In this document: positions 8,120 through 18,314 of the stretch, piece by piece | Numbering within the stretch: position 1 is the stretch's first letter | How the letters are laid out: every line of letters begins with the position of its first letter | DNA from: Lentisphaeria bacterium | Lineage (GTDB): Bacteria > Verrucomicrobiota > Lentisphaeria > Victivallales > Victivallaceae | Length of the DNA: 50,052 bases | Reading direction: 5' to 3' | NCBI GenBank assembly: GCA_017505415.1 | Contig: JAFVPG010000384.1 | Span: forward strand, 1-50,052 | Program-made: the position numbers and the translations under genes | The notes under the pieces: generated by a model | The model's database searches: none | Told to the model about the DNA's origin: nothing | What the model saw: only the letters and a program-made list of their open reading frames with translations

Positions 8120-10651
8120 ATGATGAATTTCAAATTTTTCAATGTTGCCCCGCAGCTTCCCGCAGAACTTTCATTTCTGGAAAAACTTTCTGACAACATC
8201 TGGTGGTGCTGGCATCCAGCAGCAATCGAACTTTTCACCAAAATTTCACCGAATCTGTGGAAGGCTGTTGAATTCAATGCCAAAGCCTTTTTAAGCAAAA
8301 TTCCGCAAAGCCGTTTCAATGAACTTGCCAAAGACAAAGATTTTCTGCGTTTGCTGAACAATGTCCGCAGTGAATTTGAAGCTGATGTTCCTGCCAAAGA
8401 AGATCCGTCTCAACGCAAAATCGCCTATTTTTCCATGGAATACGGTATTCATGAAAGTATCCGGCTTTATTCCGGCGGTTTGGGAATCCTTTCCGGAGAT
8501 CATTTGAAAGCCGCTTCCGACCACAAACTTCCGATGGTCGCAGTCGGACTGCTTTACCGTCAGGGATACTTCCGCCAGTTCCTCGACCGCAACGGCTGGC
8601 AGATGGAACGCTATCCGGAAAACGAACTCCATAATATGCCAATGTCACGCGCAAAAGATGCAAACGGTAACGAAATCCTCATCAGCATCAAACTTATTGA
8701 CCGTGAGCTTTTCGCCGCCGTATGGATTCTGAATGTCGGCAACGTCCCGCTCGTCCTGCTGGACACAGGAGTTCCCGAAAATCCGCCTGAATTCCGTGAA
8801 ATAACATGGCGCCTCTACGGCGGAGATAAAGTAATGCGTCTGCATCAGGAACTGCTCCTCGGCATAGGCGGTTACAAAGCCCTTACCGCCCTCGGTTATG
8901 ATCCGGCAGTATGTCACATGAATGAAGGACATGCCGCATTCCTCTCTGTTGCCCGTATCGAACATCTTGTTTCAAAAGGTTACAGCCCGGATGAAGCACT
9001 TGAAATCGTGTGGCGTACAAACATTTTCACCACACACACACCGGTTCCCGCCGGAAACGAAGTCTTTGACATCAATCTTGTACGCCCGTATCTGCAAGTG
9101 CTTGCGGCACCGACCGGACTTGACGTTGACCGCATAATCCGCTGGGGCATTCCTATCGGGGAACGTGACCATGCCTCTGTCATGTCCATGACAGTTCTCG
9201 GTCTGCGCCTCGCCAATTTCAGCAACGGTGTCAGTAAACTCCATGGTGAAGTTGCCCGCGAAATGTGGAAACACCTCTGGCCCGGACGCTCCATTGACGA
9301 AATTCCGATCACCAGCATCACCAATGGTGTCCATATCCCGTCATGGATCTCTTCACGTCTCCGCAATCTGCTCGACCATTATCTCAGCGGCACATGGCTG
9401 CGCAATCCCAACATGAATGAATTGATGGCTGAAATAAATACCATTCCGGATGAAGATTTATGGATGACTCATGAAGTCGCCCGTCAGTCCATGATCCGCA
9501 AAACACGCGCCATGCTGCAGAATAAATTCCAGTTTGAGACCAACAATGCGGACATCAATATAAAAAATATTCTCGATCCCGGCGTTCTTACCATCGGTTT
9601 TGCCCGCCGTTTCGCAACTTACAAACGCGGAACTCTGCTGCTCAAAAATAAAGAACGTCTGCTCAAAATACTGCGTAATACCAAATGTCCAGTTCAATTT
9701 GTTTTCGCCGGCAAAGCCCATCCTGCTGACGACGGCGGCAAACATCTGATTCAGGATCTTATCAATTTTGCCAAAAGTGAAAACGTCAGAGACCGTTTCA
9801 TTTTCGTTGAAGATTATGACATTACCCTTGCCCGCCATCTCGTACAGGGAGTTGACATCTGGCTGAACACCCCCCGCCGCCCCATGGAGGCATCAGGGAC
9901 CAGCGGCATGAAAGCCGCCGTCAACGGCGCATTGAATTGCAGTATTCTTGACGGCTGGTGGGACGAAGCATACGAACCCAATACCGGTTGGGCAATTCCC
10001 GGCAACAGCAATTTTTCAAGTGAAGATGACATTGACAATTTTGAATCACAATCACTCTTCCACGTCCTTGAAAGCGAAATCATTCCCTGCTACTATGAAC
10101 GTGTCGGCGGCGATATTCCATCCCGCTGGGTGAAAAAAATGAAAGCCTCGATCGCTATGGCTATCAGCAAATTTTCAAGCTGGCGCATGGTCAAAGATTA
10201 TAATGAAATGTTCTATGAAAATGCAAAAAATCTCTATGAAAAACTTATTGCTGATAACGGCAAACGTGCCAAAGATATAGTCAATCAGAAACGCCGTCTT
10301 GCTGCACATTTCAATAATATTTATGTTCACGAACCCGCAATCAACTGCGATTTGAATAAACTTCATGTCGGGGAAAAATTCAAAGTCTCTCTCAAAGTCT
10401 ACCTCGGAGAAATGTCACCCGATGAAGTAAAAGTCGAAGCATATTACGGCAACGTTGACAACCATAATGAAATCACTCATTCATACAGTGAGCCGATGAA
10501 AAATGTCTCTGCAGCCGGAGACGGCAATTATATGTATGAATGTAACATCACCTGCCCAGTCAGCGGACGTTTCGGAATTACCGCCCGTGTCACACCGGCA
10601 GGAGATGACTGGCAGAACAGCGTTCCCGGTTTCATTGCCTGGCCGAAATAA
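8120..10651 (+). CDS. glgP: Alpha-glucan (glycogen/maltodextrin) phosphorylase, GT35 alpha-glucan family
   Basis: 843 aa. Motifs YFSMEYG, GGLGILSGDHLKAASD and the PLP-lysine motif EASGTSGMKAAVNG. Its length is typical of the DUF3417-type alpha-glucan phosphorylases. Confidence 0.85.
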   Translation: MMNFKFFNVAPQLPAELSFLEKLSDNIWWCWHPAAIELFTKISPNLWKAVEFNAKAFLSKIPQSRFNELAKDKDFLRLLNNVRSEFEADVPAKEDPSQRKIAYFSMEYGIHESIRLYSGGLGILSGDHLKAASDHKLPMVAVGLLYRQGYFRQFLDRNGWQMERYPENELHNMPMSRAKDANGNEILISIKLIDRELFAAVWILNVGNVPLVLLDTGVPENPPEFREITWRLYGGDKVMRLHQELLLGIGGYKALTALGYDPAVCHMNEGHAAFLSVARIEHLVSKGYSPDEALEIVWRTNIFTTHTPVPAGNEVFDINLVRPYLQVLAAPTGLDVDRIIRWGIPIGERDHASVMSMTVLGLRLANFSNGVSKLHGEVAREMWKHLWPGRSIDEIPITSITNGVHIPSWISSRLRNLLDHYLSGTWLRNPNMNELMAEINTIPDEDLWMTHEVARQSMIRKTRAMLQNKFQFETNNADINIKNILDPGVLTIGFARRFATYKRGTLLLKNKERLLKILRNTKCPVQFVFAGKAHPADDGGKHLIQDLINFAKSENVRDRFIFVEDYDITLARHLVQGVDIWLNTPRRPMEASGTSGMKAAVNGALNCSILDGWWDEAYEPNTGWAIPGNSNFSSEDDIDNFESQSLFHVLESEIIPCYYERVGGDIPSRWVKKMKASIAMAISKFSSWRMVKDYNEMFYENAKNLYEKLIADNGKRAKDIVNQKRRLAAHFNNIYVHEPAINCDLNKLHVGEKFKVSLKVYLGEMSPDEVKVEAYYGNVDNHNEITHSYSEPMKNVSAAGDGNYMYECNITCPVSGRFGITARVTPAGDDWQNSVPGFIAWPK

Positions 10652-10682
10652 AAAGATTGCATAAATCTTGAAGGTCAATAAA

Positions 10683-11675
10683 ATGAAAACATTATTATTA
10701 CTGATTGCCATTGCTGTTGCCGCATATTTCCTCTATTTCAACAAATCCAATGAACCGGAGGAAAAAACTGCATCAGCCAAAGCAAAAACTGCTGCCGTTT
10801 CCAAAAAATCTCCGGCAAAAAAAGAGTTTGCCCGCCCCAAAGCAAGTGATTTTCCGGAAAATACCCTTTGCAGAAAATTGATGGAATTAAATGAAAAAAA
10901 ATTCTCTTATCCGCTTGCTGAAAATGATTATTACAAATATCCTGAAAGCTTCAATGTCAGGCATGGACAACTTTTGATAAATCGAAATAAAAATATTTTG
11001 CAAGAAATCAGAAAGTTGACAAAGTATACAGAATCCGGTATTAATTATACTGGAGATTGGGATCAGGAATTGCCATGGCTTGATCCAATGCGTAAGGTTG
11101 CACACTGGCTTTTAATTTCTGCGGAAGTAAATCTTTTTGCCAACAGGAAAGATGCAGCTCTGAAAGATTTTGAAGATCTGTCAAAAATTTTTGATATATT
11201 TCTTTCCGGCAATAATTCATGTATAATGCATTTTGTCCATGCTGCATACATTGATAAAACTATCAGAACGGTTTTGCAAAGATGCAATTTTTCTGAAAAT
11301 GAGAAAAACAATATTCTGACAATGCTGCCTACCCGTCAGAAATATGCTGATAATTTAAGAAAAGCACATGCTATTGAAAAAAAAATTATAATATATACGC
11401 AAAATGCATGCAAAGACAATAATAAAGAGGTTATAGAATCTCTTTTTAATTTTGGGGGCATGACTGTTCAGGACGTGAATAAATTCAAAAAAATACCAAG
11501 CAAACGTCTTAATGAATTATTTGATAAGCATTATAATAAAATTTGTGATGAATTTGAAGCCGGGACATTGACCTCAAACACAAAATTAAACTTCGGTTCT
11601 CCTGAAGAAAATACAATTATGATGAAATTTTTTTCACCAAACGGTATTATAAAACTGTCTCAACGATTGAAATAA
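10683..11675 (+). CDS. Membrane-anchored hypothetical protein
   Basis: Start at ATG 10683 (GAAGG upstream). N-terminal TM helix LLLLIAIAVAAYFLYF, then a Lys/Ala-rich stretch. No recognisable domain. Confidence 0.6.
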   Translation: MKTLLLLIAIAVAAYFLYFNKSNEPEEKTASAKAKTAAVSKKSPAKKEFARPKASDFPENTLCRKLMELNEKKFSYPLAENDYYKYPESFNVRHGQLLINRNKNILQEIRKLTKYTESGINYTGDWDQELPWLDPMRKVAHWLLISAEVNLFANRKDAALKDFEDLSKIFDIFLSGNNSCIMHFVHAAYIDKTIRTVLQRCNFSENEKNNILTMLPTRQKYADNLRKAHAIEKKIIIYTQNACKDNNKEVIESLFNFGGMTVQDVNKFKKIPSKRLNELFDKHYNKICDEFEAGTLTSNTKLNFGSPEENTIMMKFFSPNGIIKLSQRLK

Positions 11676-11691
11676 TTTACAAGTAAATCAT

Positions 11692-13200
11692 TCAATTACC
11701 GAGAAATGTATAGGTGACTCTGATCTTTTTGGATTCAGAAGCATTGAGGTCAAAAGATGTTTTGAATTTTCCGGCAGGATTTATTATTGAGGCATCATTC
11801 GGGCTGTGAACAGTTTGTCCCTCTGCGCCGTCACATTTGACAAATTCTCCGTTAAAGTTGAAATCAATCTGTACAGCAGCTTTTTCTCTGCGGAAATTGG
11901 CAATTTCAATATCCGCTTCAACGGTACATTTCACATAACTACGATTATTGAAAACAACATGCTGAATACGTTTTTTAACAAGTTCATTTTCCTCAATTTT
12001 ACATTCGATACCGTCAGCGGCAGACAAACGTATTGACCGTTCTGCATTCACAGGAGTATTACTGTCCAGCATCGTCTGCATCATCAGTTTGCCGTCTGCA
12101 TAAATCGCCACCGGTGCAGCATCAAGCATTGACGAACAGTGATTTTTGAAAATCAAAGTATTATAAGCATTCTGCCTGACGGCTTGTTTGGCAACTCTGC
12201 CGTAAGGATTGCGCCCGGCAGGAATCTCCCATTTTACAACAGTGCGGTAAAGAACATTATCAGCAGATTGAAGTTTTATCAAACGGCTCTCATTTTCTTC
12301 AAATGCAATTTTTCCAAGCGGACGGTACAGCACATCACTTGTACCGGAAATAAAAGACATCGCCGTTGTCCTCTCTGCTGCTGCCATATCATTCATTACC
12401 ATAAATTTAGCTTTTGCAGCCATTGGAGCATAACTTCTTCTCAATATCTGTGCAGTTCCGCAAAGGAGGCTGACAGTATTTTTCATGGCGATTTCAGGCG
12501 AACCTGAAACGAGATAAAAATCAGGACATTCAAATTTTTTACCATTATTACGGATGACCGCATTGTGTATAATATTCATTCTGTCCTGAGAAACAAGATC
12601 AAATCTTACCGCACTCTGCCATGCAATACCGTCAGTAAGATATGAAAATTCAAAAGGCAGGGCATTTTTGTTATCTTTGCGGCTGAAAATCCAGCAGCTT
12701 GCAGGCTCAATACTGTTCATAAAATCAGCTTTTGCCGCTCTAATCGTTTCAATATCACGAGTACGGATATAAGTTATACTTTTTGAAGAATTATCCTCAA
12801 TGGCAATGACAGAAGGAATTTCATAAGGATTTTCGGGATTTTCTGTTTTTATGAGCTTGCCACTTATTATATGTTCACTGCCGTTTGTTTTTTTCAATGT
12901 TACAACGACATTCTGATTGGCGAAAGCGGTATTCGGATTTGCATAAACATCAGAATTGAATTTTTTCTGCGGCATATTTCTGATACCGAATTGAACATCT
13001 TGATTCCACAGAGCAAACGAACCTTTGAAAAACTGTTTATCCTCAAAAAAACTCAAAGATTTTTCTCCGTCCGGAATAACCCCTTTGCGGACAGTAAAAA
13101 CTGTATTATCCGGAAATACCGCCATTTTTACAACCGGCGCATTTTCAGCAGTCAGAACAACAGATAATCCGTATATAATAAAAAACAGACTTTTTTTCAT
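11692..13200 (-). CDS. Secreted hypothetical protein (possibly DUF4139-like)
   Basis: 502 aa with a signal peptide (MKKSLFFIIYGLSVVLTAE) and GGGAGG upstream. The beta-rich composition and overall pattern are reminiscent of DUF4139/MuiA-type proteins. That family call is weak. Confidence 0.5.
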   Translation of the reverse strand: MKKSLFFIIYGLSVVLTAENAPVVKMAVFPDNTVFTVRKGVIPDGEKSLSFFEDKQFFKGSFALWNQDVQFGIRNMPQKKFNSDVYANPNTAFANQNVVVTLKKTNGSEHIISGKLIKTENPENPYEIPSVIAIEDNSSKSITYIRTRDIETIRAAKADFMNSIEPASCWIFSRKDNKNALPFEFSYLTDGIAWQSAVRFDLVSQDRMNIIHNAVIRNNGKKFECPDFYLVSGSPEIAMKNTVSLLCGTAQILRRSYAPMAAKAKFMVMNDMAAAERTTAMSFISGTSDVLYRPLGKIAFEENESRLIKLQSADNVLYRTVVKWEIPAGRNPYGRVAKQAVRQNAYNTLIFKNHCSSMLDAAPVAIYADGKLMMQTMLDSNTPVNAERSIRLSAADGIECKIEENELVKKRIQHVVFNNRSYVKCTVEADIEIANFRREKAAVQIDFNFNGEFVKCDGAEGQTVHSPNDASIINPAGKFKTSFDLNASESKKIRVTYTFLGN

Positions 13201-13260
13201 AATACCTCCCTATTTTATGAGCTGAATATTTTATATTTTTCTGAGGTGAAATCCTGTAAT

Positions 13261-14637
13261 TTATATGAAATACAATTTTCTTTCCAAACCCTCAAATACA
13301 CTTCTTTTGACCGGAACAGACAGAGCAGTTACCGGTGTAAATTTAGAAGTTTTGATTTCAATGCTCTTCAAAGTTCCGCCGAGCGGCCAATATGTGGCAC
13401 CGATACGATCGCCGAAAGCAACTTTGCCTTCAGGAACTGCGATTTTACCGGCAGGCACATCTTCAATGCTGATAATTTTGCCATTGACAGCAAAAGTGAC
13501 TTTGCCGGTTGAGTTGAAGAGCATGGTCAGATTATATGCAGTTCCCGGTTTCATTTCAAAATTTTTGCTTAAGACCTGGGCAGATTTTGTACCGTACCCG
13601 AATGCGCCGCCGAGTTTATAAGTGTTATCTTTCACATGAACGAAAAAGAACATAAATCCTTTATGATATTTTTTTTCGGATTCTTTTGGCATGGCAATAT
13701 ATTTTGCGTCATAAATCATTGACCATTTATTTGTGCGCTTGAATTTGGCATCAAGAATGACATTTGCACTTATTTCAAAAGCATTGGGAGGAGTAAGTTC
13801 AGGAAATTTCCCGCTCATGAATGCGCCACTTGGCTTTTTGACATTGTTATTGAGTACGGCAAGACCTGTTTTGGTTATTTTTGAACCGCGAAGCTTCGGA
13901 GCATATTTTCCTTTGAGAACAGCAGCGGAAATAAAATTCCATTTGCGGGGAAAAGGAGTTGCCGCTTTGGCCTTCTGCGCAACAAGAGTATTGATTTTTA
14001 CATTGACAACAGTTCCGCCGAGCGGCCAGTAGACTTTTCCTGCACGGTTGCCGATATGGAGAGGACGTGTACCGGGAACGAGGACGGCGGCAGGAACTTT
14101 GGCTGAACCGGCAGATTTTCCGTCAAAAATAAAATCAACTCTGTTTTTTGCATAATAATTCATTACCAGAGTATGCTTCTTATCCGGAGTGATCTTTATC
14201 TCTCTGCCAGTCACGACAGCACTGCTTTTTCCGTATCCGAAAGCAGCCATCGGAACGAAAATACCCGGCTTCTTTTTTTGCAAATACAGCATGAACCCAC
14301 AATGATTTTTCGGATTTTTATCTGTCGGAACATATTTATTATCAAGCAGTACCAGATATGCCTGAGCGTGCTTTGCTTTGCCATCGATAATAAACTCAAC
14401 AGAAGCGTAAAAATTACCTTTCGGAGTAAACTCAGGATATTTCAAAATCGTTGCCGCACCGGATCGGTCATCACCTTTGGTTACAGGCGCAGCCAACCCG
14501 TTTTTGCTCAATGCCTGTTTCCCGAAAGTAGTAAGAGCATACTTACCTTTCAATGCATCAGACTTAGTAAAATCCCACTCTATAGCACCAAGTATAAATG
14601 CTGATACTATACAGATTGAAGTTAAAATCTTTTTCAT
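13261..14637 (-). CDS. Secreted protein with two tandem LamG / concanavalin-like lectin domains
   Basis: Start at MKKILTS (ATG 14637, GGGAGAG upstream). A signal peptide is present. The two halves share LKGKYA, PEFTP/PELTP, AFGYGKSSA/AFGYGTKSA and YWPLGGT blocks. Confidence 0.65.
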   Translation of the reverse strand: MKKILTSICIVSAFILGAIEWDFTKSDALKGKYALTTFGKQALSKNGLAAPVTKGDDRSGAATILKYPEFTPKGNFYASVEFIIDGKAKHAQAYLVLLDNKYVPTDKNPKNHCGFMLYLQKKKPGIFVPMAAFGYGKSSAVVTGREIKITPDKKHTLVMNYYAKNRVDFIFDGKSAGSAKVPAAVLVPGTRPLHIGNRAGKVYWPLGGTVVNVKINTLVAQKAKAATPFPRKWNFISAAVLKGKYAPKLRGSKITKTGLAVLNNNVKKPSGAFMSGKFPELTPPNAFEISANVILDAKFKRTNKWSMIYDAKYIAMPKESEKKYHKGFMFFFVHVKDNTYKLGGAFGYGTKSAQVLSKNFEMKPGTAYNLTMLFNSTGKVTFAVNGKIISIEDVPAGKIAVPEGKVAFGDRIGATYWPLGGTLKSIEIKTSKFTPVTALSVPVKRSVFEGLERKLYFI

Positions 14638-14657
14638 ATACATACTCTCCCTGTTAT

Positions 14658-15800
14658 TTAAAGCATCTCCTGAAATCCACCATTGAGGATATTCAGAATT
14701 TCATATACGGCATCGTGCGTATGTGCAGTACGGGATTTTTCACCCATTTCTGCAAATTTTTGAGGTTCATTCAGCAAAGCCCCAATAATTTCTGCAAACT
14801 TTTCCTTTGAACACTCTCTATTATCGGCAATAATTGCACCACCGTGTTTTTCAAGGATGCGGGCATTGTCATACTGATGATTTTCAGCGGCAAAAGGATA
14901 TGGGACAAGCAATGCCGCCTTGCCGAAAAATGCAAGTTCTGCAACCGTACTGCCGCCAGACCGGCTGACTGTAAAATCAGCAGCTCCATACATCAACTGC
15001 ATATCAGAGGAGGCTTCAAGAATAAAATGTTTTATTTTGCAACCGGCATAAGCCTTTTCTGTCTCCTCAAGTTTGCCGGGGCCTGTCAGATGGATCACCT
15101 GACATGAATTTTCAGGTAATTCTGTAAGATACTGCGGCAGGATGAGATTTATTGTCTGTGCGCCCTGACTGCCGCCGAAAACAAGAATTGTTATCATTTT
15201 TTCATCAAGAGCGGCATTAAAACGGGAATTCAATTCTGCAATTGCTTCAGCTTTTGAATAAAACTTTCCCGTAGCAAGTTCAGGACGGATCGGCATCCCG
15301 ATAACTGAACACGGACATTTTACTTTGTCCGCATTTACTGCTTCAAAAGCTGTCCAAATATGTTCCGCATAGCGTGAAAGAAAACGGTTTGCCATCCCGA
15401 TTCTGGCATTACCATCATGCAAATAAATACTTTTTTTCAATTTTTTTGCGGCAAATACAGGGGGCAGAGAAGTGAATGACCCCATTCCGAGAACAATATC
15501 AATATCATGTTCTTTCAATGCACGTTTTGCCAGGAGATAACCGGTAAATAATCCGTCAAAAAATTTCAAAACATTTTTTAATCTGCGCGGACTCGGCATT
15601 TCCGGCAAAGCCACAGCATCAATGCCGCATTCTTCAGCAATTTTTTTCTGTTTTTGAGCATGGATTCCGGAAAGCAGCAGCAATGCACTGCCTCCCTCTT
15701 TTTTAAGAATTTTGGCAATGCTGAGTCCGGGATAAAAATGACCTCCCGTTCCGCCGCAGCTGATAGCCAGACGCAAATCTCTGAAATTTTTTCCGTTCAT
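14658..15800 (-). CDS. murG: UDP-N-acetylglucosamine--N-acetylmuramyl-(pentapeptide) pyrophosphoryl-undecaprenol GlcNAc transferase
   Basis: Start at MNGKNF (ATG 15800), which forms an ATGA overlap with the rnfE stop. Motif GGTGGHFYPGLSIA and GT28 architecture. Confidence 0.85.
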   Translation of the reverse strand: MNGKNFRDLRLAISCGGTGGHFYPGLSIAKILKKEGGSALLLLSGIHAQKQKKIAEECGIDAVALPEMPSPRRLKNVLKFFDGLFTGYLLAKRALKEHDIDIVLGMGSFTSLPPVFAAKKLKKSIYLHDGNARIGMANRFLSRYAEHIWTAFEAVNADKVKCPCSVIGMPIRPELATGKFYSKAEAIAELNSRFNAALDEKMITILVFGGSQGAQTINLILPQYLTELPENSCQVIHLTGPGKLEETEKAYAGCKIKHFILEASSDMQLMYGAADFTVSRSGGSTVAELAFFGKAALLVPYPFAAENHQYDNARILEKHGGAIIADNRECSKEKFAEIIGALLNEPQKFAEMGEKSRTAHTHDAVYEILNILNGGFQEML

Positions 15801-16486
15801 TTTTCCTGCTTTTTTTCTTTGATTGAACAAATACTGCAATGACGGCAGTCAAGTCCTGCAGGGGGAATATAAGCCTTGCCTGATTTTTCTGCCTTTTTCA
15901 TATTGAAATAATTCATAAGTGCCATAAGTAAACCAAGTATGATAAAAGCGCCCGGGGCACTTGAAGGAAGCAGAAAATCTGTAGTCCATGCCGTAATGAT
16001 TTTTACATCAAACAAAGAACCTGAACTCAAAAATTCACGGAGCGCACCGATGACAGTCAATGACAAAGTAAATCCAAGTCCCATTCCTGCACCGTCAAAA
16101 AATGAACGCACAGGTCCGTTTTGCGAAGCAAATGCTTCCGCACGTCCGAGAACAATACAGTTGACAACGATCAACGGAATGAAAATACCGAGAGATTCAC
16201 ACAAAGCCGGAGGCGCATACGCTTTCATAAGCATCTCAATGATCGTAACAAATGCGGCAATGACCACAATATAAACAGGTATCCGGATTTTATTCGGAAC
16301 AAGTTTACGGATAGCTGAAATAACTGTATTGCTGCAAGCCAGAACAAACAAAGTTGCAATCCCCATGCTCGCTCCGTTCAACGCATTTGAAGTTACTGCC
16401 AGAGTCGGACACATGCCGAGAGTCAGAACGAAAGTCGGATTCTCCTTCCATATACCTTTTGCAAAATCTTTAAGAAGCTGACGCAT
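15797..16486 (-). CDS. rnfE: Rnf electron-transport complex subunit E
   Basis: 229 aa. GIWKENPTFVLTLGMCPTLAVTS matches the RsxE/RnfE N-terminus. Confidence 0.9.
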   Translation of the reverse strand: MRQLLKDFAKGIWKENPTFVLTLGMCPTLAVTSNALNGASMGIATLFVLACSNTVISAIRKLVPNKIRIPVYIVVIAAFVTIIEMLMKAYAPPALCESLGIFIPLIVVNCIVLGRAEAFASQNGPVRSFFDGAGMGLGFTLSLTVIGALREFLSSGSLFDVKIITAWTTDFLLPSSAPGAFIILGLLMALMNYFNMKKAEKSGKAYIPPAGLDCRHCSICSIKEKKQEK

Positions 16487-17142
16487 TATCTGACCTCCTT
16501 TTTGAATAATTCAGCCTTGACCGCATCACGGTTTGCACTGTAAACTGAAACGATATGATAAACAGCTTTGCAGACTGCCCGGCTGCTGACCGTCGCACCT
16601 GTTATATAAGGACAATCGCCGCCGTCTTTAGCAACCTTCCACTCTGCAGAGGAAGTAACGCTTTTGCCGCTGTAATAATCAAGGATTCTGTTCGGCGCAA
16701 GCCCGTCACTCTTTTTTTCTCCGGCAAAAAGTGTTTTCAAAGTCTTCTGTTCCTTGCGGACACAGACATTGCTGCCAAGCCCCGGAGTTTCATTATTTTC
16801 AAGGATCAGAACAGTACGTATCGACCCGTCAACATTCATGCCGACAAGAGTTTTTACATCTCCGCCGTAACCTTTTGCTGAAAATTCTCCGGCAATACCG
16901 GTGAGTTTATTTTCTTCATTGAAAACTCCGGTGAATTTAATATTGTTAAAATCAATACTTCTTTTGCTTTTGAAAGGAGGCATGACCGCAACAAGCGAAC
17001 GGTTGGCAGATGCATACACCGCTTCTGCAATAGGTCCGGCAGTTATTTTGGCAAAATACGCCATCAGCAATGCCGCCAGCAAGCCGGTAATTGCCAGAAT
17101 AACACCAAGTACAAAAATATTTTCAGATTTATTGATATTCAT
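16486..17142 (-). CDS. rnfG: Rnf complex subunit G (FMN-binding)
   Basis: 218 aa with an N-terminal TM helix. ITGATVSSRAV is the covalent-FMN S/TGAT motif. Confidence 0.85.
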   Translation of the reverse strand: MNINKSENIFVLGVILAITGLLAALLMAYFAKITAGPIAEAVYASANRSLVAVMPPFKSKRSIDFNNIKFTGVFNEENKLTGIAGEFSAKGYGGDVKTLVGMNVDGSIRTVLILENNETPGLGSNVCVRKEQKTLKTLFAGEKKSDGLAPNRILDYYSGKSVTSSAEWKVAKDGGDCPYITGATVSSRAVCKAVYHIVSVYSANRDAVKAELFKKEVR

Positions 17143-18302
17143 TTCCCGGCTCCTTGTTTTTTGGGGGTACCGAACGGCAGACGGATAAACATTTTGTCAA
17201 TAAAAGGCACCAGCGCATTCATGAAGAGAATAGCAAAACTTACACCTTCCGGATAATTGCCCCAGATACGGATGACAGAAGTAATAAGCCCGCACCCTAC
17301 TCCGAAAAGCGCACTGCCGCGATTCGTAACCGGACTTGTCACCATATCAGTCGCCATAAAAACCGCCCCCAGCATCAAACCGCCCGTCAGAACATGAAAC
17401 ACCGGCGACGGAGTAATTCCGGGATAGAAAAAGTTTATCATCCCGGTGAATACAAAAACTGTACCGACAAAAAATACCGGAACACGCCAATTTATAAGTT
17501 TCCAGATTATCAGCAGGAAACATCCGACAATGATTGCCAATGTACTTGTTTCACCAAGAGAACCGCTGACATTGCCGAGAAAATAATTTTTCCATGCCGT
17601 ACGGTTATCAATATGCGAAAAAACATTTTTTGCTCCGATGTCAGTATTTTTCGGAATTTCACTGACCATACTGAGCGGAGTTGCACAAGTAACAACATCG
17701 ACTGACGCATTTTTTCCAACTGAATCCTGAAGTTTTCTCCAATCAGCAGCGCTGAAAAAAGTTCTGCTGTACGCTTCATTCTGTGAAATTCCATGCTGTG
17801 CGGTTTCAACCATTTTGGTCGTCGGGACCCATATAGTCATCAGACCGGGCAGAGCAATAAGCAATGCGACACGGGCAACGATTGCAGGATTGAAAGGATT
17901 GTAACCGATCCCCCCGAAAACCTGTTTCCCCAACCAAATGGCAAGAAATGCGCCGATCAAACACACATACCACGGAGTTGCAGGACTGAAATTCATTGCC
18001 AATATCAATCCGGAAACAACCGCGCTGCCGTCAAAGATTGCAGTTTTTACTGATTTCCCTGCGATCATGCACCACAATGCTTCTGCTGCTACACAGAAAA
18101 ATGCAGTCAATACCAACAATTTCAATGCTGCAAAACCGAAAAAGTAAACACTCGCCGCCATAGCCGGCACCAGAGCAATAATAACTTTAAACATAATGCC
18201 TGCCACACTGCTGCGTGACTGAATATGAGGGGATGAACTCACGATCAATTTGTCACATGACGGCATTCTGATCCCGGATTTTTCCTTAATTTCTTCACTC
18301 AT
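17139..18302 (-). CDS. rnfD: Rnf complex subunit D
   Basis: Polytopic membrane protein with SSSPHIQS near the N-terminus, of RnfD/NqrB type. Start placed at MSEEIKEK. Overlaps rnfG by 4 nt. Confidence 0.85.
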   Translation of the reverse strand: MSEEIKEKSGIRMPSCDKLIVSSSPHIQSRSSVAGIMFKVIIALVPAMAASVYFFGFAALKLLVLTAFFCVAAEALWCMIAGKSVKTAIFDGSAVVSGLILAMNFSPATPWYVCLIGAFLAIWLGKQVFGGIGYNPFNPAIVARVALLIALPGLMTIWVPTTKMVETAQHGISQNEAYSRTFFSAADWRKLQDSVGKNASVDVVTCATPLSMVSEIPKNTDIGAKNVFSHIDNRTAWKNYFLGNVSGSLGETSTLAIIVGCFLLIIWKLINWRVPVFFVGTVFVFTGMINFFYPGITPSPVFHVLTGGLMLGAVFMATDMVTSPVTNRGSALFGVGCGLITSVIRIWGNYPEGVSFAILFMNALVPFIDKMFIRLPFGTPKKQGAGK

Positions 18303-18314
18303 AATATACAAACC

